From a virus (Duplodnaviria; Caudoviricetes): a stretch of 64,000 bases of DNA. Location of the stretch: IMG/VR virus record IMGVR_UViG_3300044838_000031, positions 197 to 64,196 of that record. One strand, written 5' to 3'. This document shows positions 17,922-26,741 of this stretch, one piece after another. Each line of letters begins with the position of its first letter. Positions within the stretch are counted from its first letter, which is position 1. The notes beneath the pieces are model-generated. The model saw nothing but the letters and a program-made list of their open reading frames with translations. It searched no databases and had not been told where the DNA came from. A program made the position numbers and the translations under genes.

Positions 17922-18244
17922 GAATTTCCATAGACCCGAATGTCCGCGTCGAGAACAACTGGACCTACTCGGGTTTCGAGGACGTGTTCGGCGATGTTCA
18001 CTTGCTCAATCCCGGCGACTGGGTGACGGCGATGTGGGCGGAAACCGATCAGATTTTTGACGCCAAGGTTGTGTGCTTGGAATTCGAGCGGCGAATCATC
18101 ACGCTCGCTGTCGACTGGAAATCCGTGCGAGTGGATCAGAGGCCGATCATCGTTGGCACGGTCACTATTTCGTCAGGTGGCCGCACTAGACGGCTGCCGC
18201 TAGGCGAAGCTATCTCTGTACCGATAGTGGGCCTTAATGGATAG
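17918..18244 (+). CDS. cassette ORF, hypothetical protein
   Basis: 108 aa, MRISIDPNVRV, beta-rich. Confidence 0.6.
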   Translation: MRISIDPNVRVENNWTYSGFEDVFGDVHLLNPGDWVTAMWAETDQIFDAKVVCLEFERRIITLAVDWKSVRVDQRPIIVGTVTISSGGRTRRLPLGEAISVPIVGLNG

Positions 18245-18497
18245 CGAGCCGTATGACGAGACCGGCACCACCGTCGAGCAGTTCGACGCGATGTGGAAAG
18301 AAGCAGAGCCAGTCGAGACTGTTGTAACGCCTCCGGGTAAATACGACTTCAAGACGCCGACCGACCTTGAGACACGAGTGCAGAACCTTATCAACTCGTG
18401 GCGACATTCGGTCGATGAGGCTTTCGGCGACGACGAGGGCTCGATCACCATCATGGCCGACCAGCTTGAGCGCGTTCTACGCGGACCAGAACTCTAA
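18237..18497 (+). CDS. cassette ORF, hypothetical protein
   Basis: 86 aa; stop within the site at 18495. Confidence 0.6.
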   Translation: MDSEPYDETGTTVEQFDAMWKEAEPVETVVTPPGKYDFKTPTDLETRVQNLINSWRHSVDEAFGDDEGSITIMADQLERVLRGPEL

Positions 18498-18530
18498 CCT
18501 AGGGGTTAACAGTCTGAGAAAGGATGACAT

Positions 18531-18758
18531 GTGAAACTTTCACGAACGAAACTGCGTGATCTGCGGCAAATCCTCGATCACTTCGCCCATCTTGCGCGCG
18601 AGTCCGCGCACGCGCATGCTCCCGCTGAGGGTGATCCGGCTAGCCCCTTCCATCAATACCTGATCGGAAAAGCTGAGGGACTGGAAGCAGCCCGCTACGA
18701 ACTCGACTTGCTGCGGGAAAAGCTAGCCGACACCAAGGCCGTAATTCGCCTGAGGTAG
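18531..18758 (+). CDS. cassette ORF, hypothetical protein
   Basis: GAAAGGA RBS after a site. Confidence 0.55.
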   Translation: MKLSRTKLRDLRQILDHFAHLARESAHAHAPAEGDPASPFHQYLIGKAEGLEAARYELDLLREKLADTKAVIRLR

Positions 18759-18768
18759 AGAGGAAAAC

Positions 18769-19059
18769 ATGAATGACGACGGTGATGAGTTCGGCTATGA
18801 GCTGGTGATGCCGTTTCTGCCAGTGCAATCCAAGGGTGGCCCGCACGATGATGCCGCCTATGTGGCTGGCTATGAGATGGGTCTACTGGACGCGCAATTG
18901 GGCAACAGCGAGTACGACCAGGGCCGCGCCATCCACGGGGAGAACCGCGAGCAAGCCGACCTCATCGCGATGCGCCACGGCTACCTCGCCGAATTCACCA
19001 ATGACAGCGGCGACGGATGGGTCCACATGAAGGTCCACGAGGTGCCCGTAAACCGATAA
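18769..19059 (+). CDS. cassette ORF, hypothetical protein
   Basis: GAGAGG RBS; stop within the site at 19057. Confidence 0.65.
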   Translation: MNDDGDEFGYELVMPFLPVQSKGGPHDDAAYVAGYEMGLLDAQLGNSEYDQGRAIHGENREQADLIAMRHGYLAEFTNDSGDGWVHMKVHEVPVNR

Positions 19060-19120
19060 CCGTGCGGTTACCGGTTTGGCTGTCGCAGTGGGGGCGATTT
19101 TTCGGAGAGGAAAAGGAGAA

Positions 19121-19396
19121 ATGATGACGGTGACCGAGCCGGGATCGATTGATATCCCGTTGAGGGGCGATCTGCGTGAGTGCGTCTTATATGAACTCGA
19201 CAGAATCATCGGCGAGTTGGATGCGCCGTTCACTACGGGCCTGATCCCGCGAACGCTGGTCGCGCATCTGCGAGGTGTTGTTGATGCGTGGCCCAACGTT
19301 CAGCAGCACATTTGGAAAGAACCCGATGGGACTATCCGCACTCTCGGCCAGGAGCGGGCTGGCGTTTACGGCTTTGGAGAGGCAGAGAAGCGGTGA
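19121..19396 (+). CDS. hypothetical protein
   Basis: AAGGAG RBS; 91 aa. Confidence 0.55.
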   Translation: MMTVTEPGSIDIPLRGDLRECVLYELDRIIGELDAPFTTGLIPRTLVAHLRGVVDAWPNVQQHIWKEPDGTIRTLGQERAGVYGFGEAEKR

Positions 19397-19533
19397 CCCG
19401 TGATGAGGCTATCGACCACATCTGGGACTTGTCGGATGGTATGGCTGCCGAATTTTTTTGCACCAGCGCCCAAGAAGACGAGCTCAGGCAGAAGACACGC
19501 GAGGCACTCGCCGCACTTGGGGTTCTGAAATGA
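19393..19533 (+). CDS. hypothetical protein (46 aa)
   Basis: GTGA overlap with upstream gene. Confidence 0.4.
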   Translation: MTRDEAIDHIWDLSDGMAAEFFCTSAQEDELRQKTREALAALGVLK

Positions 19534-19656
19534 GGATCGATCCGGCGAAAGTTCTAGCTGAAGCGGCAGCCATTACTAGACGCGAATCTGTCAAGGAACT
19601 GTCAACTTATCCGAGAACCGTCCGATCGAAAGTTACCTGAGAGTAGGCACAGTGTC

Positions 19657-20508
19657 ATGGATCACATACATGCGCTGTCCTACTCATTGCCCGGCCAATG
19701 GGACACAGCACTCGACGGATGGATAACCTGGCTGATCGCCTCCGGAACCTCGACGGCGACCCGAAAAACACGCCGGGCTCATGTGCGGCGGATCGCCCGC
19801 GAACTGGATTCTCAGCATCCCCGCGACATCACTGATGCGCAGCTGCTGGCGATCCTCGGCCGGCCGGAGTATTCGATGGAGCATCGCCGCGGCCTGCGCG
19901 CATCGCTGGCCTCGTTTTACCGCTGGTCCCTCGAACAAGGTGTCGTCGACGAAGACCCGACGTTGACGCTCCCCCACATCAAGGCGGCGCTCGGCGCCCC
20001 CAAACCCGCCACCGACGACATCTGGCGCGCCCTCCTCGAACAAGCTAGCCCCCGCACCGCACTCATGGCACGACTCGCCTGCGAAGCCGGCCTTCGGCGC
20101 GCCGAAGTCGCCTGCGTACACAGTGATGACCTGAACGCCGGCATCGGCGGCGCCGAACTGATTGTCCACGGCAAAGGATCGAAGCAGCGCGTCGTCCCGA
20201 TCACAGTCTCCCTGGCCACGGCGATCGCCAAAGCTCAGCCATTCGGCGGCTTCCTGTTCCCGGGGAAGATCGACGGGCATGCCAGCCCGGACTGGGTTGG
20301 GCGCCTCGTCAGTCGGGTGATGCCGCCCGGCTGGAGCATCCACAAGCTCCGACATCGGGCGGCCAGTCGTGGGTATGCTGGCACCGGCAACCTGAGAGCT
20401 GTGCAAGAATTTCTCGGCCACACATCGGTGGCTACGACACAGCGTTATGTGGCAGTGTCGTCAGCAGAGATCAGGCTCATCTCCGACGCTGCCGGCACCG
20501 CCTCCTGA
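19657..20508 (+). CDS. int: tyrosine integrase lacking an N-terminal arm-binding domain
   Basis: Full catalytic set R(GLRRAE), K(HGKGSK), HxxR(HKLRH), H(LGH), Y(TQRY); only 283 aa. Confidence 0.92.
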   Translation: MDHIHALSYSLPGQWDTALDGWITWLIASGTSTATRKTRRAHVRRIARELDSQHPRDITDAQLLAILGRPEYSMEHRRGLRASLASFYRWSLEQGVVDEDPTLTLPHIKAALGAPKPATDDIWRALLEQASPRTALMARLACEAGLRRAEVACVHSDDLNAGIGGAELIVHGKGSKQRVVPITVSLATAIAKAQPFGGFLFPGKIDGHASPDWVGRLVSRVMPPGWSIHKLRHRAASRGYAGTGNLRAVQEFLGHTSVATTQRYVAVSSAEIRLISDAAGTAS

Positions 20509-20510
20509 AA

Positions 20511-20577
20511 CGTCACGTGACGGTTACGACCGCACGGTTACCGGTCTTCGATACGGGTCAGTTTAACCCCTAGATAC
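20511..20577. repeat. cluster of site-like elements downstream of int
   Basis: Palindrome CGTCACGTGACG; ACCGCACGGTTA and TTAACCCCTAG are reverse complements of parts of the sites at 19057 and 18495. Confidence 0.55.
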
Positions 20578-20583
20578 TGGCGC

Positions 20584-20781
20584 TTATCTCTTGCCTACCC
20601 ATTTGCGTACGGTCATACGGTCCACACCGAGTAGTTCAGCGATGTCGCGTTGGGAGTAGTCGGCGTCTGCGGCTTCGATGGCCGCGTCCTTGGCGGCGTG
20701 CCGCTTTACCTCTACGTCGCTGCGCGCTGCGGTGAAAGCGTTACCTGTAGCGCGCCATCGTTCCTCCGTGGGAGTGCCCAT
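20584..20781 (-). CDS. small HTH protein
   Basis: YSQRDIAELLGVDRMTVRKWVGK. Confidence 0.75.
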   Translation of the reverse strand: MGTPTEERWRATGNAFTAARSDVEVKRHAAKDAAIEAADADYSQRDIAELLGVDRMTVRKWVGKR

Positions 20782-20816
20782 GCGGTGAGCCTAGCAGAGG
20801 TGGTAAAGTAATCCAC

Positions 20817-20999
20817 ATGAGTGATACGACGTTGAGCGGCTTGCAGCGGATCGTCATGGAGGCTGAGCGACTGCGCGAACCGGCGCCGCGCGGCTTTCCG
20901 GATGCGAAGCGCGTCGACCGGACCGATGCGATCTTGGATCTGATTATTCGCCTGGCGCGGGAGGTGGATGACGTGCTGCGTATTGCCACGCGCGACTAA
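20817..20999 (+). CDS. hypothetical protein
   Basis: 60 aa, divergent from the HTH gene. Confidence 0.45.
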   Translation: MSDTTLSGLQRIVMEAERLREPAPRGFPDAKRVDRTDAILDLIIRLAREVDDVLRIATRD

Positions 21000-21103
21000 A
21001 ATGGGCGGGGCCGCTAGATGTCGCATACTGGATCAGCTGCAGAACACTTCGGTGCAGTGGATGCAGTCAGCCGCCGGTATGCCGGAATCTGGAAAGCGTC
21101 GGT

Positions 21104-21394
21104 ATGAGCGCACGTAAACAACTCGAGGATCGCGCCCGCGAACTGGGCTGTTTCCCTGATCCCGAGAACTACACCGACGTGCAGCTGTGGGATGCCATCA
21201 AATGCGAGCTGGCCGCGACTGGCTGGATGCAGAAATACGAGGCACTACCCACTGACGAGGACCGTATGGACGCAGTACACCGGCTGCGGCTGTCATTAGA
21301 ACGAGAACGCCAACCTCGTGGTTGCCGACGCAAGGATGAGTACCGAAACGCCGCCCGCGCCGCGCTCGACGCGATGGAAGACCTAGAGAGGTAA
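21104..21394 (+). CDS. hypothetical protein
   Basis: 96 aa ORF in a plus-strand run. Confidence 0.55.
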   Translation: MSARKQLEDRARELGCFPDPENYTDVQLWDAIKCELAATGWMQKYEALPTDEDRMDAVHRLRLSLERERQPRGCRRKDEYRNAARAALDAMEDLER

Positions 21395-21396
21395 GT

Positions 21397-21579
21397 GTGA
21401 GCAGTGAGCCGCGCGAGGCAATCGCACGCATTCTCTACAACGAGGTGCTAGAGACTAGCGACGGTTACACCGAGCCCATCGGCGAGACCGAGTCTATGGA
21501 CACGGTTCTGACGATTGATGGCCGATTCAACTTCGTTGACCTAGCCGACGCGGTCATCGCCGCGCTGGGACTGAAATAA
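21397..21579 (+). CDS. hypothetical protein
   Basis: GAGAGG RBS; 60 aa. Confidence 0.55.
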   Translation: MSSEPREAIARILYNEVLETSDGYTEPIGETESMDTVLTIDGRFNFVDLADAVIAALGLK

Positions 21580-21606
21580 CAGACCGGCAAATGAAAGGTA
21601 GTTGCT

Positions 21607-21813
21607 ATGGCTCATGCAGGTGAAGTAACAATCAAGGTCAAGCCCGACCTCTCGGCGGTACAGAAGGCCAATCCCGAAGAAGTGACCGCTGTGTTGGCGG
21701 AACACGTCTACGGCGACCGAGGCCCTGCAGCTGGGCACCCCGACGCATTGAGCGTCTGCACCCGGGCCGCTATCGACCTCTGCGATCGGTTCTACATCCT
21801 GCCGCGCACCTGA
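21607..21813 (+). CDS. hypothetical protein
   Basis: GAAAGG RBS; 68 aa. Confidence 0.55.
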   Translation: MAHAGEVTIKVKPDLSAVQKANPEEVTAVLAEHVYGDRGPAAGHPDALSVCTRAAIDLCDRFYILPRT

Positions 21814-22058
21814 CAGAAATCTTACATCCTGACGTGCCATCCACCGCTGGTGCTGAACCTGGGCGCGGTGGCGTTGGGTCTGGTTGCGGTGCAAGACTTT
21901 ATCACCGCGCATCGACTATCGGGGTGACGTGAATGCGGACATTCTTCGTTATAGCCGCCTATGTAGCCCCAGTCATCGTCGTGGGGGTTATCGCCGTCGC
22001 CGCGATCACGGCAGTCTTGTACGGGTGTGCCAGGTTTTGGATCATGGTCATGGCGTAG

Positions 22059-22385
22059 CTACCAGTTGGCGCGGTCTGCTATCCGCCACGTCAACGAATA
22101 GGTTCGGCACGGTCCGCCCCACTGTAAACGCCAGCCGCCGAGCGTGGCGCCGGGCCGCGCCCGGGCGCCTGCGGGTAGCTGTCTGATGTTGAGCCGCCAG
22201 ATCCTCACCGCTGCTCTGAGTGGGGTGATTTCCCACAGGTGTTGTGGGGGCAGAACGGATTCGGCTTTTTCAACATCCATCGCCTTTCCTCGATGCCGCA
22301 TCTCAGCGAGCACACACATCAACACACCCAGCAATCCCACACACACCGCCCCCAAACCTAATACGGCAAAGCCGTATTCATTCAC
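22059..22385 (-). CDS. membrane protein
   Basis: N-terminal TM then AEMRHR; last gene of the late operon. Confidence 0.5.
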   Translation of the reverse strand: MNEYGFAVLGLGAVCVGLLGVLMCVLAEMRHRGKAMDVEKAESVLPPQHLWEITPLRAAVRIWRLNIRQLPAGARARPGATLGGWRLQWGGPCRTYSLTWRIADRANW

Positions 22386-22636
22386 GGCAGAATCGCGTGA
22401 TAGCAGCGCTTGACGCCGCGGTGCGCCACATTGTCGGCGTTAAACATGTCAGCCCACGCCGGCAATACCCCACCCAAATGGGCGCCCACAACCAACAAAA
22501 CCCCGCGCACCAGCCATTTGTGGCCGTCGCGGTAGCGGTCCGCCGCATCGCTCAACAGATCATCGGCGGCAAACTCATACACGATCGCCCCGGCCACTAT
22601 CGACGCCCACGCATAATCACCCGACTGGGGCTTCAT
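22382..22636 (-). CDS. small membrane protein
   Basis: YAWASIVAGAIVYE...LLSDAADRYR...HL pattern common in mycobacteriophages. Confidence 0.6.
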   Translation of the reverse strand: MKPQSGDYAWASIVAGAIVYEFAADDLLSDAADRYRDGHKWLVRGVLLVVGAHLGGVLPAWADMFNADNVAHRGVKRCYHAILP

Positions 22637-22735
22637 ATTGTCCGTCCGGTGGAAACGCCTGCTGCACAAGAAGCCTGCCCTGCCAATAGGCAATCCAGAA
22701 CCGGTCGATGAACTCCTCATCGCTGGTGTCAATGA

Positions 22736-23281
22736 TCATGGGGTTGGGTTCACGGTCGCGTCAGGGTTACCCTGATCCGGGTTCGTCACTGCCGGCGTGA
22801 TCCCTGATGGGGGTGGCGGGTCGACCGTGAAATTCGGTGGCGCATCCGGCGGCGGTTCAGGCGGCGGCACATCCAGTATCGGCGGATCAAGAGGCACACA
22901 GGGTTTCGGCCTCAGTGCGTACTTCCATTCAGACGGCGGATTCGGTGTCTTACTGCGTAGACCACCGGGACAGTCGTAGTGGCAGCCGCCTTTCATCCCA
23001 CCAACCGGCCCAGATATGCCGACCTCCACCATCATCGAAAACCCTAGATTCCCCTGTCCTGCGGCGCCATAGTAGTAGCAATGCCAAGTCGAACCGTTTT
23101 CCTCGACCGGGAAATCGCAGCTCCACCAAAACGTTGCCACCAGCGTGCCGACCATGCCCTGGTCGCTGACACCCGGATACGGGCACGAACCAGGCGGCGG
23201 GACTTCAACGTTGATATCGGCGTGTGCCACACCACAACCCAGCCACACAGCGGCGATCAGTAGCGCGATCAGTCTGCGCAT
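22736..23281 (-). CDS. secreted Cys/Pro-rich protein
   Basis: Signal peptide ending AHA-D, several Cys, Pro-rich tail. Confidence 0.7.
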   Translation of the reverse strand: MRRLIALLIAAVWLGCGVAHADINVEVPPPGSCPYPGVSDQGMVGTLVATFWWSCDFPVEENGSTWHCYYYGAAGQGNLGFSMMVEVGISGPVGGMKGGCHYDCPGGLRSKTPNPPSEWKYALRPKPCVPLDPPILDVPPPEPPPDAPPNFTVDPPPPSGITPAVTNPDQGNPDATVNPTP

Positions 23282-23844
23282 CAGTGCCCGATGTGAACGA
23301 CGAAAGCGTTAAACAGGGTGAGGATCAGTGTGAGGAATACGCTGGCACCCGCAATCCAAATCGCCATCTTGTTGTTGCCACTGTCCCGCGCATCAACAAC
23401 CTGGGTTTTCTGTCCAGCCGCCTCATACTGCACGCGCCGCAGGTCTGCGATGTCCTTTTGGATCGGGTCCATTGCAAGCGCAAGAGCGGCACGAGATTGA
23501 GTCGCCGACTGGTCTACCGCGATACGCAGAGCCTCAGCCGATGCTGCAACCTGCCCGGCAAGCGTAGCCGCTTGTGTGGCGGCCACTTCGGCTGCGCGCT
23601 GCACAGCGTTGATATCGACAGCCCGAATCGCGTCTAGCCGGGCGCTTTCCGTCTCGCGCAACTCTTTAGAATGGTTGTCACGCATCATATCTAGTTCGCG
23701 GATATGCTTAGCTTCCGATTCCCGTAGATCGTCCTGCCGTTTTATGGCAGCCTCGACAAGCTGCAGCACGTTTTGGGTTGGATCAATGACAGCTTGACCT
23801 GAGGCGTCTACGCCGGGCCCCGGCGGTGTATTAGCTACCATCAC
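23281..23844 (-). CDS. coiled-coil protein with C-terminal TM
   Basis: Long helical region then IWIAGASVFLTLILTLF. Confidence 0.7.
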   Translation of the reverse strand: MMVANTPPGPGVDASGQAVIDPTQNVLQLVEAAIKRQDDLRESEAKHIRELDMMRDNHSKELRETESARLDAIRAVDINAVQRAAEVAATQAATLAGQVAASAEALRIAVDQSATQSRAALALAMDPIQKDIADLRRVQYEAAGQKTQVVDARDSGNNKMAIWIAGASVFLTLILTLFNAFVVHIGH

Positions 23845-23853
23845 AGCCTCCCG

Positions 23854-24039
23854 TCACAGGTCGGGCTCCTGCTCCAAGTCGCGCATAACCTCACCGATGG
23901 GATGATGCGAGTAGATAGGCCGTCCGCACACCATGCACAGATAGCGGTACGACCCGGCCGCCTGGTTAGCGCGGTGAATCAGCCGCAACTCTTCGTGACA
24001 GAGGCCGCGGATTTCTGCGCGCTGATCACGGTCGAACAT
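23854..24039 (-). CDS. hypothetical protein
   Basis: 61 aa with CMVCG. Confidence 0.45.
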   Translation of the reverse strand: MFDRDQRAEIRGLCHEELRLIHRANQAAGSYRYLCMVCGRPIYSHHPIGEVMRDLEQEPDL

Positions 24040-24216
24040 GACCGCCGCTCACGATGTCACTACCCAACTGATCTGATCACCGCTCTGAAGGTGATTGAAG
24101 AAGCCCCTCTGTAGCCAGAGGCTGGTGGTGTCGATCACCGCGCCATCTGAATCAACCAGCGACAGCACCGCGTTGGGCTCGTTAAATGACAGCACCCATT
24201 GCACCATTGCGCACCT

Positions 24217-24423
24217 TTAACTTTCCGGCTGCTTGGCCGCCACTACCGGCGCGAGCACGACATGACCGAGCACGCTGATGATGATGGCCCCAGCCGCGGC
24301 CAGCCACGCACCCACCGAGGCGGGCACCAGCCCAGTGGTGTTCGCCGCCACCGTGACCAGCACGGTGCCGGTCACCGATATCACCGCAACAATGACATGC
24401 GCGTGTTTACCCACCCACGACAT
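24217..24423 (-). CDS. putative holin
   Basis: 68 aa, two TM helices, downstream of lysin B. Confidence 0.55.
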   Translation of the reverse strand: MSWVGKHAHVIVAVISVTGTVLVTVAANTTGLVPASVGAWLAAAGAIIISVLGHVVLAPVVAAKQPES

Positions 24424-24584
24424 CAGAGAGGCCGATTCCTGAACGCTGCCTTCAACTCGGCGGTCTGCTTCTCAAACTGCCCCTTGAGGAACAGGTGATG
24501 CCAAAGGTGGTTAATCCCGGTGATGACCGTGACTCCACCGACGATGATCAATCCTCCAACAATCATGGTGTGCTCCTTGATCTT

Positions 24585-24803
24585 TCAGGGTGTTGGGTTG
24601 AGGGCGGCGTTGAGTGCGTCGAGGGCTTTGTCGACGGCGTCGATAAGGGCGACAACCTTCTCGGCGTCCGGCCCGACGACGGGTAGTTTGCCGATGAACC
24701 CTGCGGCCGCGTCGGCGTATTTGGTGACCAGGTCGGCGTAGCTGGTGGCCTGTGCCACGATGCTGTCCAGCTCGGCCACCAGTGTGGTGACGTTTAATGC
24801 CAT
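24585..24803 (-). CDS. hypothetical helical protein
   Basis: AAAGGAG RBS; 72 aa. Confidence 0.55.
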   Translation of the reverse strand: MALNVTTLVAELDSIVAQATSYADLVTKYADAAAGFIGKLPVVGPDAEKVVALIDAVDKALDALNAALNPTP

Positions 24804-24817
24804 GGTGATCTCCTTTT

Positions 24818-25765
24818 TTAGTGCCCCGGTTGGTGGGGTAACGAATTCCCGATCGCCAGAGCGTCATCGATGACGGCGGTCAACGCCGGAAAATACTGGT
24901 AATGCGGGGCATTATTGCCGGCGGCAAAAAATGTGCCGGCGTTGATGAGGGCTTCAACATCCCCAATGGGATGGCCCAGAAGTGCTGCCAGACCCACGAT
25001 GTCGGAGAAGCTTGGTTGCATGACAATTTTGAATATCTTGTACTCGACACTGCTGGCTGTCGGTAGCGTCGTCCACGGCGTGCTGCCCACGGGTGCGTCT
25101 GCATACAAGTCCCCGGGATTCACAAACGAGTTGATCAGATATTTCCCATCGGGCGCAAGCAGGTTGGCTTGGGCGAGGGTGTAGTCGAGCGGGCCCGCGA
25201 TCCCGCCGGTCACCTGGCCGTCTACTTTCGGGGGGAGCGGCTGCCCTGCCATCTCGTTGCCGTGCGCCACGCCGGGACAGCGCATGGGGCAGCCGATTAG
25301 ATACAGCCGGTAAATGTGCGGTAGTAGGTAGTGCAGGGTGCCGGTGGCCGGGAGGATGTCCTGAAAGAAGGTTTGGCACCACACCATCGCGCCCTGGCTC
25401 CACGCCGACCCTAAGATGACGAGACCGTCGTAGCTGCCGTGTTGTACGTAGTAGGTGTTGGCGTACCAGCCGAGCGCCATATTCAAATTGGCGCGGCCCT
25501 GCTGGACCGATGGCCACATGGGCACCGTCAGGGCCTCGTAACCCACTCCCGGGGAAGCCCACAGTCCGTCTTGCGCGTTGATCAGGCCGCCGATGACAGC
25601 GGACGCAAAACCCGACCAATAGCCGTTACCGTCATCGGTGATGAAGCTCGGCGGAGCGGGTGCGCCCGCATAGGCGGTGCCTTCGACAGCGAACAGGTAG
25701 CCGGCCGGGCTGTATTGGAGCCCGTTTTGGTCGGCGCGGATCTGAGGCCACAAACCCGAGGTCAC
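24818..25765 (-). CDS. lysB: lysin B (cutinase-like esterase)
   Basis: FAVEGT, AWSQGA nucleophile elbow, GCPMR, GDLYA (Asp), PHYQY (His). Confidence 0.75.
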   Translation of the reverse strand: MTSGLWPQIRADQNGLQYSPAGYLFAVEGTAYAGAPAPPSFITDDGNGYWSGFASAVIGGLINAQDGLWASPGVGYEALTVPMWPSVQQGRANLNMALGWYANTYYVQHGSYDGLVILGSAWSQGAMVWCQTFFQDILPATGTLHYLLPHIYRLYLIGCPMRCPGVAHGNEMAGQPLPPKVDGQVTGGIAGPLDYTLAQANLLAPDGKYLINSFVNPGDLYADAPVGSTPWTTLPTASSVEYKIFKIVMQPSFSDIVGLAALLGHPIGDVEALINAGTFFAAGNNAPHYQYFPALTAVIDDALAIGNSLPHQPGH

Positions 25766-26145
25766 TACTTGCCGACCTCGAACGGCGGTGTGCCGGGGAA
25801 GTTCGCCGGCCACAGGCGTAACACCCCGGCAGCGGTGCGATAGCCGGCCAGCTTGCCTGGATCTGTTTCTGCTATCAGCTTTTCAACTGATACACGCAGG
25901 TAGTCGTGCAAGTCCCACACGTTGCCGTCGGAGGCGATGTAGCGGGACGCAACCTGCTCAGCGGTACCGACCATCGCGTCGTACAGGCTTGGGGTTGCCG
26001 GGGTGGTACCCCGCGAGAACGGAACAAGTTTAGTGCAGTGGCCGAGGATGGTGCGGGCGCGGACATACACCCACCGCCACGGCAACACGTTGTTGTTACC
26101 GTCAACACCATTATTGGCGTTGTTAACGTCTTGGTCTGCGGTCAC
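25765..26145 (-). CDS. hypothetical protein, possibly a free lysin C-terminal domain
   Basis: 126 aa in the lysis cluster; function inferred from position only. Confidence 0.55.
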   Translation of the reverse strand: MTADQDVNNANNGVDGNNNVLPWRWVYVRARTILGHCTKLVPFSRGTTPATPSLYDAMVGTAEQVASRYIASDGNVWDLHDYLRVSVEKLIAETDPGKLAGYRTAAGVLRLWPANFPGTPPFEVGK

Positions 26146-26465
26146 GAGTCGCTTCCTTGTGGTGCTTTCTCAAACAGCTTGATCGAGTGAACAGCCGTCT
26201 TGATCAGATCGGGCAATTCCGCCTTGAGTTGATCCAGATACTTCTGCAGCAGCGGGTCCACCGTCTTGACGAGCAGAGGGATAGCCTCCTTGATAGCCTC
26301 CGAAAGAAGTTTCGCCCCTTGGGCTTCCAGTTGCGCCAGGGTCGCGTCGAGAACCTGGTGGGCATCGATCGTCAGAGTGACCGGCTTGACGGCAGGAGTC
26401 AGAGGTTTCGGCTTGTTCGCCGGGTCCGGGGGCGGCGGAACCGGGACAGGGGTAGGTGCGCTCAT
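26142..26465 (-). CDS. hypothetical protein
   Basis: Pro-rich N-terminus then amphipathic helices. Confidence 0.55.
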   Translation of the reverse strand: MSAPTPVPVPPPPDPANKPKPLTPAVKPVTLTIDAHQVLDATLAQLEAQGAKLLSEAIKEAIPLLVKTVDPLLQKYLDQLKAELPDLIKTAVHSIKLFEKAPQGSDS

Positions 26466-26741
26466 GGCTTCTTCTTCCTCGGGTGAGTGATGCCGCTGAT
26501 GATCTTGTGGAGCTGGGTGACCTCGCCGAACATCCATCCGCCACAGGCACCGGCAGCGCCCATGACGATGGCCCCGGCAACGGTGGTGATCATGCTCCCA
26601 GCCGAACACGCAGCGCGGCATCCTTGGCCTGCAACGTCTTTGTTCTAGTGGCCTTGTGGAACAGCCAGCCGCCGAACGCGCTGACCGCGCCCCCGATCAG
26701 CCAGATCCCTACTGTACCAACGGTTATCATTGTTGTCTCCT

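Larger units (their letters stand above)
15293..19078 (+). repeat. dispersed att-like inverted-repeat sites TAAC-N6-8-GTTA at gene boundaries
   Basis: Cores start at 15299, 15718, 15944, 16707, 17227 (TAAT), 17717, 18495 and 19057; partial copies at 16360 and 16526. Confidence 0.85.

Noticed and set aside
15293-19078. CRISPR array interpretation of the dispersed repeats
   Set aside because: Repeats are short, degenerate and separated by whole genes of 200-800 bp; the Cas4-like gene is an ordinary phage exonuclease.
15293-20508. Classical integron (IntI/attC)
   Set aside because: Sites are about 14-28 bp, far shorter than attC and without L boxes; the recombinase shows no IntI-specific insertion and is co-oriented downstream of the array.
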